The translations under genes were made by a program, and so were the position numbers. 64,000 nt of DNA from an uncultured delta proteobacterium (GTDB taxonomy: Bacteria; Myxococcota_A; Polyangia; Polyangiales; Houyiibacteriaceae), in contig CAVOVB010000007.1 of NCBI GenBank assembly GCA_963699755.1, forward strand, positions 352,001-416,000, read 5' to 3'. Below the pieces are notes generated by a model. That model was not told where the DNA came from, ran no database searches, and saw only the letters and a program-made list of their open reading frames with translations. Shown in pieces: positions 40,278 to 49,914 of the stretch; the first letter of the stretch is position 1; each line of letters starts with the position of its first letter.

Positions 40278-40907
40278 TCAGAACAGTGGCATCAGCGGAG
40301 CATAGCTCCGCTCCCGGTCTCCCCGGATATCATCCAAGACCCGCTCAATCGCCACCCTGCCCTCCCGCTCGATCATCCGTTCGTTGTGCGAGACGACCGA
40401 GGCGGCGACGCTTTGCGCCGGCTTCTGCTCTTTCAGCTTCTGCAGATCGATGTCGAAGATGTTGCGGTAGTGCGGTGGGTCTTGTGCCCGGATTTCTTCG
40501 AGGAGGGATCTGCGGACGAGTTGGACGGTGGGGTCGGGAGTTTGTCTGAGGAACTGGATCGAGCCCGCGGATCGGGCAGCGTTTGGGTAGAACGTCGCGG
40601 CGAGAAAGACGCCAGCTTGCTGCTCTCCGATCGATTTCGCCCAGTCGGAAAAGGCATCGGCTCCTGCGGTGAATCGTGGCGCGATCACGAACGCGACTTC
40701 GACGGTTTGGTCGTGAGCCCAGCCGTCCAGCACCGGCGTTAGCTCCTCGGGGCTGCAAGACGCGCTGGTGACTACGTGCGCGCGGGTTCGATCCCCAACG
40801 TGCGCGGGCTTGGCCCAGGGGCAAACCGAGAAGCGTTCGATCAGCTCGCGCCGGTAGCGTTCGAGAAGCCGGAGCGCCTCACGGCGGAGTGCCTCGTGGG
40901 GATTCAT
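40278..40907 (-). CDS. Hypothetical protein, DUF1415-like
   Basis: IERFSVCPWAK and RQTPDPTVQLVR motifs. Confidence 0.6.
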   Translation of the reverse strand: MNPHEALRREALRLLERYRRELIERFSVCPWAKPAHVGDRTRAHVVTSASCSPEELTPVLDGWAHDQTVEVAFVIAPRFTAGADAFSDWAKSIGEQQAGVFLAATFYPNAARSAGSIQFLRQTPDPTVQLVRRSLLEEIRAQDPPHYRNIFDIDLQKLKEQKPAQSVAASVVSHNERMIEREGRVAIERVLDDIRGDRERSYAPLMPLF

Positions 40908-40912
40908 CGAGC

Positions 40913-41389
40913 TCAATCCCTTGCCTGCGCGATTCGCCTGGAAAGGTATTCGTCGAGGTGCGGGACGATCTGCATGCCGAGCGCTTCGCCGGGAGTGAGG
41001 AACTCGGCCCGCACCACCTCGCGGTTGTCGACCTGCACCTTTGGCTCGACGTCCACCTCGAGCTCGTAGATGTCCAGGGTGTCCTGGCGATGCTCGAAAA
41101 CATGTGTGCCGTGATAGGCATGGACCAATCTCTTGGGCTGCACCTGGATTCCAACTTCTTCGCGGAGCTCGCGCGCCGCGGCCGTCCTGCGATCTTCGCG
41201 CGGTCGGATGTAGCCACCCGGCAAGGTGAGCTGCGGTCGATAGGAGTTCTTCACGAGCAAGACTCGGCCATGGTGCCAGACCGCCACGAGCGCTCCCGTC
41301 GTCTCGGGTCGTCGAATGAACCAGAGAAGCCGCAACACCCAATGCGCTGCGCGATACACCGCCCTGATCAAGGCGTTGAACATGTTCAC
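40913..41389 (-). CDS. NUDIX hydrolase
   Basis: LPGGYIRPREDRRTAAARELREEVG Nudix box. Confidence 0.9.
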   Translation of the reverse strand: MNMFNALIRAVYRAAHWVLRLLWFIRRPETTGALVAVWHHGRVLLVKNSYRPQLTLPGGYIRPREDRRTAAARELREEVGIQVQPKRLVHAYHGTHVFEHRQDTLDIYELEVDVEPKVQVDNREVVRAEFLTPGEALGMQIVPHLDEYLSRRIAQARD

Positions 41390-41440
41390 AGGTTACCAAA
41401 AGAGCTCGGCGCAGAGAAATCCCTGCCGAGCCAGGGATTC

Positions 41441-42835
41441 TCAGAGGGTTCCGCCGACCCGTGCCCAGTCCCCGCGCCGGTACGCAACGATGCCTAGAAA
41501 CATGCGAACCAGGAACGAAATGGGGACGGCGACCCAGATTCCAAACGCCCCCCAACCGACCACGAAACCCAGGAACCAGCTGAGGGGAACCTGGATGATG
41601 AGGGTGCCGACGATGTTGATCATCAGGCTGGTGTTGGTGGCGCCTGCGCCGCGCAGCATGCCGACGAGCGCGATGTGGATTCCGACGATCGGCATGCCCC
41701 AACCGAGGACCCGCATCCAAAGTATCGAATAGCGCCCGAGCTCGGTTGGCGAATCGACATTGAAGATCGCGATGATCGGTTCCGCTCCGAAGACGATCGA
41801 CAAGCCGAGAACGGTCATGATCGCGGTGGAGAGCAAGATACCCCCGTGCACGACTTGACGCGCCTCACGCTCATCACGCGCACCGAGCGCGTTGCCGACC
41901 ATCGCCCCAATCGCCTGGGAAACCCCCAAACCCGGAACGAATGCCAGCGACTGAACCCTCAATCCGATTCCGTGGGCAGCGACCGCCACCTGAGCGACGC
42001 GCGACAACATTCCGACCACCGAAAGGAAGACGACGTTGAGAACCAACATGTCGAGGGCAGCGGGCGCGCCGATACGAAAGAGGTCCCTGGCGAGCGGCTG
42101 GTCAAGTCGCGCCAGGCCGAGGTATGCGCGGACGCCGTAGACGACATCGCGCCGGAGAAGGAACACCATGAGATAGACTGCAACGGCTTGCGAGATCACG
42201 GTGCCCCAGGCTGCGCCGCGGACGCCCATCGCCGGAAGGCCGAGGCGCCCAAAGATGAGCCCGTAGTTCAAAACGACGTTGAGGAGGTTACTCAGCAAGG
42301 CGATCATGAATGGCAGCATCGTATTGCCGACGGCCCGCAATGCAGCGGCGAAGAGCATGTTCAAATAGAAGAACACGGTGAGCGAAAGAAGTGGGCGCAG
42401 GTAGCTCACCGCCAGATCGCGTACGTCTGCATCGGCGCCCAGCCATTCCATCACGAGGCCAGCGCAGAGGTTTCCGACGATCGCAACCGCGATCGACACC
42501 AGATAGGTGAGAAGGATGCTTTGATGAAGAACGTGATTGATGCGATCGGATTGCCGAGCGCCGTGAGCGCGCGCGATGAACGCGACCGTGCCGACGGTCA
42601 GCCCGAGCATCGCCACCATCAGCAGGAATACGAGCTGGCCGGCAAACCCGAGGGCCGTGAGCGCTTCCTCGGCGTCTTCCAGGCGACCGCACATGGCCGT
42701 GTCGACGGCCAAGGTGAGGACACTGAGCAGGTTCAGGCCGACGATCGGCATTGCCAGATCGAAGAGGCGCCGGAAGATGATGCGATCGACGCCTCTGAAT
42801 GGACCTGACTTCATTCGTGGCGGGGGAGCCTGCAT
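41441..42835 (-). CDS. MATE-family efflux transporter
   Basis: VDTAMCGRL, LNVVLNYGLIFG..MGVRGAAWGT, 12-TM duplicated layout. Confidence 0.92.
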   Translation of the reverse strand: MQAPPPRMKSGPFRGVDRIIFRRLFDLAMPIVGLNLLSVLTLAVDTAMCGRLEDAEEALTALGFAGQLVFLLMVAMLGLTVGTVAFIARAHGARQSDRINHVLHQSILLTYLVSIAVAIVGNLCAGLVMEWLGADADVRDLAVSYLRPLLSLTVFFYLNMLFAAALRAVGNTMLPFMIALLSNLLNVVLNYGLIFGRLGLPAMGVRGAAWGTVISQAVAVYLMVFLLRRDVVYGVRAYLGLARLDQPLARDLFRIGAPAALDMLVLNVVFLSVVGMLSRVAQVAVAAHGIGLRVQSLAFVPGLGVSQAIGAMVGNALGARDEREARQVVHGGILLSTAIMTVLGLSIVFGAEPIIAIFNVDSPTELGRYSILWMRVLGWGMPIVGIHIALVGMLRGAGATNTSLMINIVGTLIIQVPLSWFLGFVVGWGAFGIWVAVPISFLVRMFLGIVAYRRGDWARVGGTL

Positions 42836-42888
42836 CGCTCGCCATGACGGCGCCAGTGTTTTCGCGATGGTGCTAGTCTTGTCTGGCA

Positions 42889-44394
42889 ATGGCCGGCGAG
42901 CCAAGAGAGTTTGGTCCTTATCACTTGCTACGCCGCCTCGGCGTGGGTGGCATGGCCGAAACGTTCGAGGCAACGCGAGCCGGGACTGGCGGATTCGAGC
43001 AGCGCGTATGCGTGAAGCGGGTGTTGCCGGCCTACGGCGGCGACGAGGAGTTCCTCGCTCGTTTCGAACGAGAGGCGAAGCTCGCGGCCCAGCTGCGCCA
43101 TACCAACATCGTAGGCGTGGTCGACGTCGGTGAAATCGAAGGAGCTCACTTCATGACGCTCGAGCTCGTCGACGGCGTGGACCTCCGCTCGTTGCTCAAG
43201 TCGTCTCCTCAGGAGAAGCTTTCCGCCGGCACGGTCGCGTTGATCGGCTTAGACCTCGCCTACGCGCTCGAGCATGCACACAAGACCCTTGTTCATCGTG
43301 ACATCTCGCCCTCGAACATTCTGCTGAGTCGCTCCGGCGAGGCGAAGCTCGCGGACTTCGGCATCGCCAAGGCGCTCGAGAACACAAAGGTGACAGCAAG
43401 CCGAAGTGCAAAAGGGAAGGTTCCGTACATGTCACCGGAGCAAATGCGAGGCGAGGCAGTCGACGGACGAGCCGACTTGTTTTCGCTTGGCGTGGTGTTG
43501 TTTGAGGCGATTGCCGGCTTACGCCCTTTCGACGGGGCGCACGACGTCGAGACCATGCAGAAGATCCTCGACGGCAATCGGCTCTCGTTGCAAGAGGTCA
43601 CTCCAGAGACGCCAAGGCCCCTGCGCGAGATCATTGAACGCTTGATCGAGGTGGATCGCGATGTGCGTATGCCGAGCGCGACGCGCCTGATCGAAGAGCT
43701 TGCCCTAGTATCGCCGCCTCCATCGGCACGATGGAAGCTCGCATCGACGATAGAGAGCTACCGAGGCGGCCCAGAAGCTCGCCTCCATGTTCGCGCGCGT
43801 GAAGAGGAACGAGATACCGAGCTGAGCAGCCCGCCAAAGCTGATTGCTCTGCTTTCGGCCGAAAACGATGCGCCGCCGCAGAAACCAAGTCGAGTCGGAC
43901 GGGCGTTGGTTTTGGCGAGCGCGGCGATGGCGATCTTGGCGATGCTCTGGCTGGCGCAGGGGCCGAGGGCAGAGGAGATAGGGGCGGCTTCAGCGCCCAT
44001 GTCAGTGCCAGCGGCAGGGCCAGCGGCAATGCCAGCGTCGGTGCCAGCGGCAGAGCCAGCGTCGGTGCCAGCGTCCGTGCCAGCGTCAGGGCCAGCGTCG
44101 GTGCCAGCGGCAGAGTCAGAGCCGAGGCCGGTGGCTGCGTCGGTATCCGGGTCGGCGAATCGGCCGGGGCCAGAGCTGCCGGACCGGGTGAGCAGAGGAT
44201 GGGTCCACGTTGTGGTTCAACCCTGGGGCAATGTTTGGATCGACGGCTCCTTCATGGGACGGGCGCCGGTCAAGGCTCGCCTGCCAAAAGGGAAACACAT
44301 CATCAAGGTGGGGCGAGAGCTGCCGAGCCAAACCAGGATCGTCCGAGTCGAAGCTGGGGCCCGAAAAGAGCTTGAGATCAAGCTTCCGGAATAG
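42889..44394 (+). CDS. Hanks-type Ser/Thr protein kinase with TM and C-terminal PEGA-like domain
   Basis: LGVGGMA, HRDISPSNIL, DFGIAK, YMSPEQ; TM; VQPWGNVWIDG. Confidence 0.93.
   Translation: MAGEPREFGPYHLLRRLGVGGMAETFEATRAGTGGFEQRVCVKRVLPAYGGDEEFLARFEREAKLAAQLRHTNIVGVVDVGEIEGAHFMTLELVDGVDLRSLLKSSPQEKLSAGTVALIGLDLAYALEHAHKTLVHRDISPSNILLSRSGEAKLADFGIAKALENTKVTASRSAKGKVPYMSPEQMRGEAVDGRADLFSLGVVLFEAIAGLRPFDGAHDVETMQKILDGNRLSLQEVTPETPRPLREIIERLIEVDRDVRMPSATRLIEELALVSPPPSARWKLASTIESYRGGPEARLHVRAREEERDTELSSPPKLIALLSAENDAPPQKPSRVGRALVLASAAMAILAMLWLAQGPRAEEIGAASAPMSVPAAGPAAMPASVPAAEPASVPASVPASGPASVPAAESEPRPVAASVSGSANRPGPELPDRVSRGWVHVVVQPWGNVWIDGSFMGRAPVKARLPKGKHIIKVGRELPSQTRIVRVEAGARKELEIKLPE
44005..44112. 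repeat. 12-bp coding tandem repeat x9 (xPA[AS]) in the kinase linker
   Basis: NNGCCAGCGKCN units repeated head to tail. Confidence 0.85.
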
Positions 44395-44397
44395 GCG

Positions 44398-45654
44398 CTA
44401 CTCTACGACGATGGCACCGCACGGGAATTCGGCCGAGAAGGTCACATCACCGCTCTTGAACGTGTCACAGGCGCTGCCGACGAGCTCGATCACGTCGTCG
44501 ACCCCTGGCTTCACCCGCCACTCGCTTGGGCAGCTCAGCGGCATGCCGTTGAGGCGAACGTCACTCCCGGGGTCGTTGCAAGCCTTCTCCTTGTCGTCGA
44601 AGCGCTTGTCCATCTGGATGTCGCAGGAAATGCTCGCGCCGATGATCGCGCGGAACTCGTCTTCGAGGTCCTGTGGATTGGTGCCCACCCAGAACGGCGC
44701 GTCACCCTGCGAGCCGTTCGCCGCAAGGCCTATGCCGACATTGGCGACCTCTTGAATGTGGTTCTCTGTGTCCATGTTCGACAACGCGCCGACCCAGAGC
44801 GCAAGAACGTCGATCCCAGCACTGTGGGCGTTCCCGGCCGCAGAGACCGCCTCAGCCCGAGCACCTGCCGTCGGGTTTGGATCGGGTACTTCGCAGGAAT
44901 CAGGCTCGCCATCGGTCGCCAGCACGATGATCGTCGGGCCCTCGGCGGGCGGCGGATCCGCCTGAATGATGTCGACTAGCACGTCGATCGCGTCACCCGT
45001 TGGCGTGTCTTCCCCCCCAGGAAAGCTCGCCGGGTAGCTCATGTTGATCGTACTGGAGTTGTTCATGGCGAAGTCGACCTGCGTGTCGAAGATCGGGCAC
45101 TCCGAGGGGGTGCTTCCCCCGTTCTGCGACTGGTAGGTCGTCAGACCATAGCGAACGATCGAATCCGTCTCGGCGATGATCTCCGTAATCGCAGCGTGCG
45201 CCGCTTCCCAGCGGTTGAGCCCGCCGCCGAAGTTCTCGGGCATCGAGCCGCTCTGATCGACGAGGAACATGATGTTCGGAATGCTTCGAGTAGGCGTGAT
45301 CGTCACCGACTGACAGCCGTTGCCGCCCGAGTTCCCAGTACCCCCCGTACCGCCGGTGCCCAGGATGGGCACGCAGCGACCCCGTGTCGTGTTGCAGGTC
45401 GAGCCCGAAGCACAGCCTTCGGTCGCGGTGCAGTTCGCAACGCACTTGCTGTTCTGACAGAAGCTCGCCTCGCACTGCGAGTCCGAGGAGCAGGTCTTGT
45501 CGCAATCCGGTGGGGGGTTGTCCAAGGACGCGCAGGTGAGGACCACGCCACCGGTACCACCGGTACCGCTGCGAGGCCCGCTACCGTCTCCGCCACAGGC
45601 GAGAAGCGTGAGAGCAGCCAAGCCCACGAACACAATCGAAAGCGAATTACGCAT
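44398..45654 (-). CDS. vWA-domain lipoprotein (CglB-like architecture)
   Basis: LLAC lipobox, Cys-rich module, MIDAS DQSGS..TPT..TDG. Confidence 0.85.
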   Translation of the reverse strand: MRNSLSIVFVGLAALTLLACGGDGSGPRSGTGGTGGVVLTCASLDNPPPDCDKTCSSDSQCEASFCQNSKCVANCTATEGCASGSTCNTTRGRCVPILGTGGTGGTGNSGGNGCQSVTITPTRSIPNIMFLVDQSGSMPENFGGGLNRWEAAHAAITEIIAETDSIVRYGLTTYQSQNGGSTPSECPIFDTQVDFAMNNSSTINMSYPASFPGGEDTPTGDAIDVLVDIIQADPPPAEGPTIIVLATDGEPDSCEVPDPNPTAGARAEAVSAAGNAHSAGIDVLALWVGALSNMDTENHIQEVANVGIGLAANGSQGDAPFWVGTNPQDLEDEFRAIIGASISCDIQMDKRFDDKEKACNDPGSDVRLNGMPLSCPSEWRVKPGVDDVIELVGSACDTFKSGDVTFSAEFPCGAIVVE

Positions 45655-45909
45655 CTACGAACTCCCCAACATGAAAAAGCCAACTATGCCAACATTCTAC
45701 ACTGACTCTGTAGTGGCTGCAAATCACGCCGAACCAGCGCCTGCGTCGATATGCTAACGGTTCCAGGCAGTTAGATGCACGGGCGGCTCCGCTGCGCCGC
45801 CCATCCGCGCGCAACCGCATCGCCCCGGCCTCCCAAGCACAGCCTTCGACCGCACAGAATAGTCCAAATCCGCGTCCGGAGGCCAGCGCCCGAGGCCTTT
45901 TTTCCTCTA

Positions 45910-45948
45910 GGAAAGGGCTCGGAAACCTTCTGGAAACAACGGCGTTCC
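45910..45948 (+). promoter_or_regulatory. 11-bp-phased GGAAA direct repeats upstream of glutamine synthetase
   Basis: GGAAA at 45910, 45921 and 45932, with overlapping inverted repeats 45901-45914 and 45929-45951. Confidence 0.35.
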
Positions 45949-46071
45949 AGAGATCTGGACAACGAGCTCTCGGGCGCGGCGAATCACCGGCCTGGAGTCA
46001 ACCCCCGTGGTCAACCGCCGAGTCAGCTCGCTGGTGCCCCGGCGACGCGAACATCTTTAGGAGTAGTGACG

Positions 46072-47109
46072 ATGAGTATCATCAAGGCTGAATACATCTG
46101 GATCGACGGCACGGAGCCGACCCCGCTTCTTCGCTCGAAGACCCGAATGCTCGAGGCGAGTCTGATCGAGAAGGTTCTCGGTGCGATCACCGGTGTCGCC
46201 GCCCTGCCGAACTGGGGCTTCGATGGGTCGAGCACCAACCAGGCCACCGGCGACGATTCCGACTGCCAGCTCTTCCCGGTGTTCGCGTGTCGTGATCCAC
46301 TCCGAGGCGGCGACAATATCCTCGTGCTCTGCGAGGTGGTGACGCACGGTGGAACGCCGCACCCCAGCAATACCCGACGCGCCGCAGAGGATACCGAGGA
46401 ACGCTTGAAGGATCTCGCTTGCTGGTACGGCATGGAGCAGGAATACACGATGATGAAGGACGGCTACCCGCTCGGCTTTCCGGAGGGTGGCTATCCCGGG
46501 CCCCAGGGTCCTTACTACTGCGGCGTGGGTGCTCAGTACGTATTCGGCCGCGAGATCGTCGAAGAGCACATGGACGCCTGCATCAAGGCCGGCCTGAAGA
46601 TCTCGGGCATCAACGCCGAGGTCATGCCCGGCCAGTGGGAGTTCCAGATCGGACCTGCAGGCATCACCGAGGTTGGAGATCACATGTACATGGCGCGCTA
46701 CCTCCTCGGCCGCATCGCGGAGACCTACGGCGTGGACATCTCCTACGACGCCAAGCCCGCCAAGGGCGACTGGAACGGCGCCGGCTGCCACACCAACTTC
46801 AGCACCAAGGCGATGCGCGAAGACGGCGGCTTGAAGGTGATTCACGAGTACTGCGAGAAGCTCGGCGAGCCGGACCGCATCCAACGGCATCTGGCCGCCT
46901 ACGGTGCGGGCCTCGAGGAGCGTCTCACAGGTGCACACGAGACCGCATCCTACAAGGAGTTCAAGTACGGCGTGTCCGACCGCGGCGCTTCGATCCGAAT
47001 TCCGATGGCGACCGACCTCGAAGGCAAGGGCTATCTCGAGGATCGTCGCCCCTGCGCCAACATCGACCCGTACACCGTGGCTCGCCTGATGGCCGAGGCC
47101 GCGGAGTAA
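46072..47109 (+). CDS. glnII: Glutamine synthetase type II
   Basis: AEYIWIDG, WGFDGSST, QGPYYCGVG, INAEVMPGQWEFQIG, DWNGAGCH, GYLEDRRP; 345 aa; AGGAG RBS. Confidence 0.95.
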   Translation: MSIIKAEYIWIDGTEPTPLLRSKTRMLEASLIEKVLGAITGVAALPNWGFDGSSTNQATGDDSDCQLFPVFACRDPLRGGDNILVLCEVVTHGGTPHPSNTRRAAEDTEERLKDLACWYGMEQEYTMMKDGYPLGFPEGGYPGPQGPYYCGVGAQYVFGREIVEEHMDACIKAGLKISGINAEVMPGQWEFQIGPAGITEVGDHMYMARYLLGRIAETYGVDISYDAKPAKGDWNGAGCHTNFSTKAMREDGGLKVIHEYCEKLGEPDRIQRHLAAYGAGLEERLTGAHETASYKEFKYGVSDRGASIRIPMATDLEGKGYLEDRRPCANIDPYTVARLMAEAAE

Positions 47110-47132
47110 AGCGACGGCCCTCAAACAGAGAG

Positions 47133-47164
47133 GCGCCGCGTTCTTCGGAGCGCGGCGCTCTTTC
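47133..47164 (+). terminator. Intrinsic terminator after glnII (possibly bidirectional)
   Basis: GCGCCGCGTTC-TTCG-GAGCGCGGCGC hairpin followed by TCTTT. Confidence 0.7.
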
Positions 47165-47165
47165 G

Positions 47166-48170
47166 TTAAACCGTCAGGACGGCTGCGCCGCGAATTCCAT
47201 CGCACTTAAGTCGTTCGAGCGCCTCGTTGACATTCTCGAGCGGAAAAATCTCGACGTGCGTGCGCACGGGGACCGCCGCCGCCTCTTGCAGAAACGCGAG
47301 CCCATCTTCACGCGTGTTGTTGGCCACACTACGAACGACTCGCTCGCCATAGAGAAGCTCGTACGAGAGCTCTGGAATCGGGCTCATGTGAATGCCTCCG
47401 AGCACGAGGGTGCCGCCCTTGTCGAGATGCGAGAGCGCGGCAGGGACGATCTCACCGGCCGGCGCGAAGATGATGCCGGCGTCGAGCGCGACCGGAGGCT
47501 TGTCGATCGTGCCGCCCGTCCAAGCTGCGCCGAGCTCCTCGGCAAGCGCCTGATGTTTCTGGCGGTCGCGCGTGCAGACGTAAACCTCCGCTCCCCGCGC
47601 TCGGGCGATCTGAATGGCGACGTGACCGGCTGCGCCGAAGCCGTAGAGCCCGAGACGCGCACCGGACCAGTCGTCGATGCCCGTTTTCTCGAGACAGCGG
47701 TAGCCGATGATGCCGGCGCAAAGAAGGGGCGCGGCTTGCAGGTTCGAAAACCCCGCTGGCAGCGGGTAGGTGAAGCTCGCCGGCGCCACGATGTACTCGG
47801 AAAAACCACCGTGAACAGTCCAGCCCGTGAAGTCGGGCGAGTCGCAAAGGTTTTCGCGTCCGCTGGCGCAAAACGAACAGCAGCCGCAAGTTCGGTGAAG
47901 CCAGGCAACGCCGACTCGCTCGCCAAGCTCGCGATCTGACACGGAGGAACCGAGTGATTCGATTGTACCGATGACCTGATGACCCGGAATGACCGGCGAA
48001 CGCCTTACTTCGAGATCGCCTTCGACGACATGCAGATCGGTTCGACAGACGCCGCACGCATCAACTCGGATTAGGACTTCGTCCGGAGCCGGCGTCGGAA
48101 CCGGCACCTCATCGAGGCGCAGGGGGCGCGTCTGGATGGGAGCGGGACTGTCGAGGAGGGCGGCTCGCAC
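47166..48170 (-). CDS. Zinc-dependent alcohol dehydrogenase family protein
   Basis: [41 protein letters not shown]. Confidence 0.93.
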   Translation of the reverse strand: MRAALLDSPAPIQTRPLRLDEVPVPTPAPDEVLIRVDACGVCRTDLHVVEGDLEVRRSPVIPGHQVIGTIESLGSSVSDRELGERVGVAWLHRTCGCCSFCASGRENLCDSPDFTGWTVHGGFSEYIVAPASFTYPLPAGFSNLQAAPLLCAGIIGYRCLEKTGIDDWSGARLGLYGFGAAGHVAIQIARARGAEVYVCTRDRQKHQALAEELGAAWTGGTIDKPPVALDAGIIFAPAGEIVPAALSHLDKGGTLVLGGIHMSPIPELSYELLYGERVVRSVANNTREDGLAFLQEAAAVPVRTHVEIFPLENVNEALERLKCDGIRGAAVLTV

Positions 48171-48346
48171 GTCGTGAGCTTACACGATCCCGGACACGAA
48201 CTGGCGCCGCCACTGGCACGCGGAAGGGGGCTCGCGTCGGCCACGGGGCTGGGCGCGCTGGGCGCAAATCCTGCGCGCGAAGCTTCTCGCCCACTGGCGT
48301 CAACAATTGCAACGAACGCTCCGTTCCGATATACGACTGGACCATC

Positions 48347-49498
48347 GTGGCCAGGAACCTCCAGCGGGCCTGGGATAGCCCAGGCATCAGCAGAGCCAAT
48401 GGGATCTCCCGGAAAGGCGACGGCATGGAGCTCGCGACCATGGCCGAACCTCGCGGATGGGTCGAGAAGCTCGCATACAGAGCCGACGGCTTCCTGGTGG
48501 CGCAGATCAGCAAGCTCCAGCCCGCAGATCTCAAGGACCCTCCCGAGCTCGTTCGCGATCTGACTGCTTTTGCGTCGAGCGACGGCTATCGAAGGTACCG
48601 TGAAAGCACTGGCGATCTGTTCCCGAAGCCCGGCCGCATCGACGTAAAGAAGCGCTGGTTGGCGCCACAGCGTGTCGGATACGCCGAGTGGAGCTGGCAC
48701 AGTGTCCACCCGCTCGTCTTCAAGGACATCGAACACGAGTATCGGAGCCACAGGGACAATCAGACGGCCCTGCTCCGAACGCTGAATCTGAGAATCAAGG
48801 GAAAGCCGATGGCGATCCTCGTGAACGGCTTTTCGTCGGGCCACCATCTGATGGAGCGTGTCGCTTGGCCGATGCGAGAGTTTTTCCGCCAAGGGATTGG
48901 GGTGTCGCTCTTCGCGCTTCCTTTCCACGGGAGACGGGGGCATGCATTCCCACCCGAATGGCCGCAACAGGACACTGCGTTCACGATCGAAGGATTTCGT
49001 CAGGCGATCTGGGATTTGCAGATCGCGATTCGCGCCATGCGCGAGGCGGGCGCAAGTCATGTGGGCGTCGCCGGCATGAGCCTTGGCGGCTACACAGCGT
49101 CGCTGCTGGCAACGGTCACCTCGGACATCGACTTCGTGCTGTCCTACATTCCGATCTGCAGCGTCCCCGACGTGATGAACGACAACGATTTGGTCCCGGG
49201 CACCGGCGAAATCCAGCGGACGCTCTACGAGGGCTACCGCGAGCAGCTCGTTCCCATCACGCCGGTCTGCCGCAGACCCACGGTCGAACCCGAACGCGTC
49301 TCGATCATTTCCGGAGCCTACGATCGCCTCGCCACGGTGGAGCACGGCCAGCGTCTCGCAGATCACTTCGGGGCAGAGCTCATCCAGTTCCCCGGCGGGC
49401 ATATCGTTCAGAACCGTCGCGCGCAAGCGTTCCGAGAGGCCCTGGAAGGGTTCCGAGGTCGTGGCGTGCTACCGCCAAGGCGCTGTGCTGCGCGATGA
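48347..49498 (+). CDS. Alpha/beta hydrolase
   Basis: ALPFHGRR, GMSLGG nucleophile elbow, YDRL, FPGGH; start uncertain. Confidence 0.85.
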   Translation: MARNLQRAWDSPGISRANGISRKGDGMELATMAEPRGWVEKLAYRADGFLVAQISKLQPADLKDPPELVRDLTAFASSDGYRRYRESTGDLFPKPGRIDVKKRWLAPQRVGYAEWSWHSVHPLVFKDIEHEYRSHRDNQTALLRTLNLRIKGKPMAILVNGFSSGHHLMERVAWPMREFFRQGIGVSLFALPFHGRRGHAFPPEWPQQDTAFTIEGFRQAIWDLQIAIRAMREAGASHVGVAGMSLGGYTASLLATVTSDIDFVLSYIPICSVPDVMNDNDLVPGTGEIQRTLYEGYREQLVPITPVCRRPTVEPERVSIISGAYDRLATVEHGQRLADHFGAELIQFPGGHIVQNRRAQAFREALEGFRGRGVLPPRRCAAR

Positions 49499-49910
49499 AG
49501 TTCAGAATCATCTCGCGGCTCACCGGCGCAATGCACAGTGTCGGCGCCACGCCCCAGAGAAAGACGAGGCCGTATTCCTCGCTCATACCATTTCCACCGT
49601 GAACCTGAATCGCGGTCTCGACGGCACGCGTAGCCGACTCGCCCGCGGCGTCCTTGGCCACGTTGGAGGCGTCTCCGGCGTCCTTTCCGTGGTCGACGAG
49701 CCATGCGGCGTTCATGGTCATCAGAGGTGCGAGCTCCACTTCGATCTTGGTCTCGGCCAGCGGACGGGCGAGCCCCTGATGTGTGCCGATCGGCTTGTCC
49801 CAGACCGAGCGTTCATTGGCGTATCGCGATAGTCGGATCAGCGTCTTTTCGAGAGCTGGGGCGTTCGCGTCCACGATGAAGAGCGATAGACGACCCCGGC
49901 CCCTTTCGTC
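49482..49910 (-). pseudogene. Acyl-CoA dehydrogenase relic
   Basis: LSLFIVD..LEKTLI fused to YANERSVWDKPIGTHQG..AIQVHGGNGMSEEY..IAPVSREMILNF; N-terminal half absent. Confidence 0.8.
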
Positions 49911-49914
49911 GCAC

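Noticed and set aside
46419..47939. 506-aa plus-strand ORF overlapping glnII and the alcohol dehydrogenase
   Set aside because: Arg/Gly-rich off-frame shadow that runs through a terminator; no domain signal
48294..48311. Sigma54-like promoter TGGCGTCAACAATTGCA
   Set aside because: GG-to-GC spacing is 11 nt rather than the required 10
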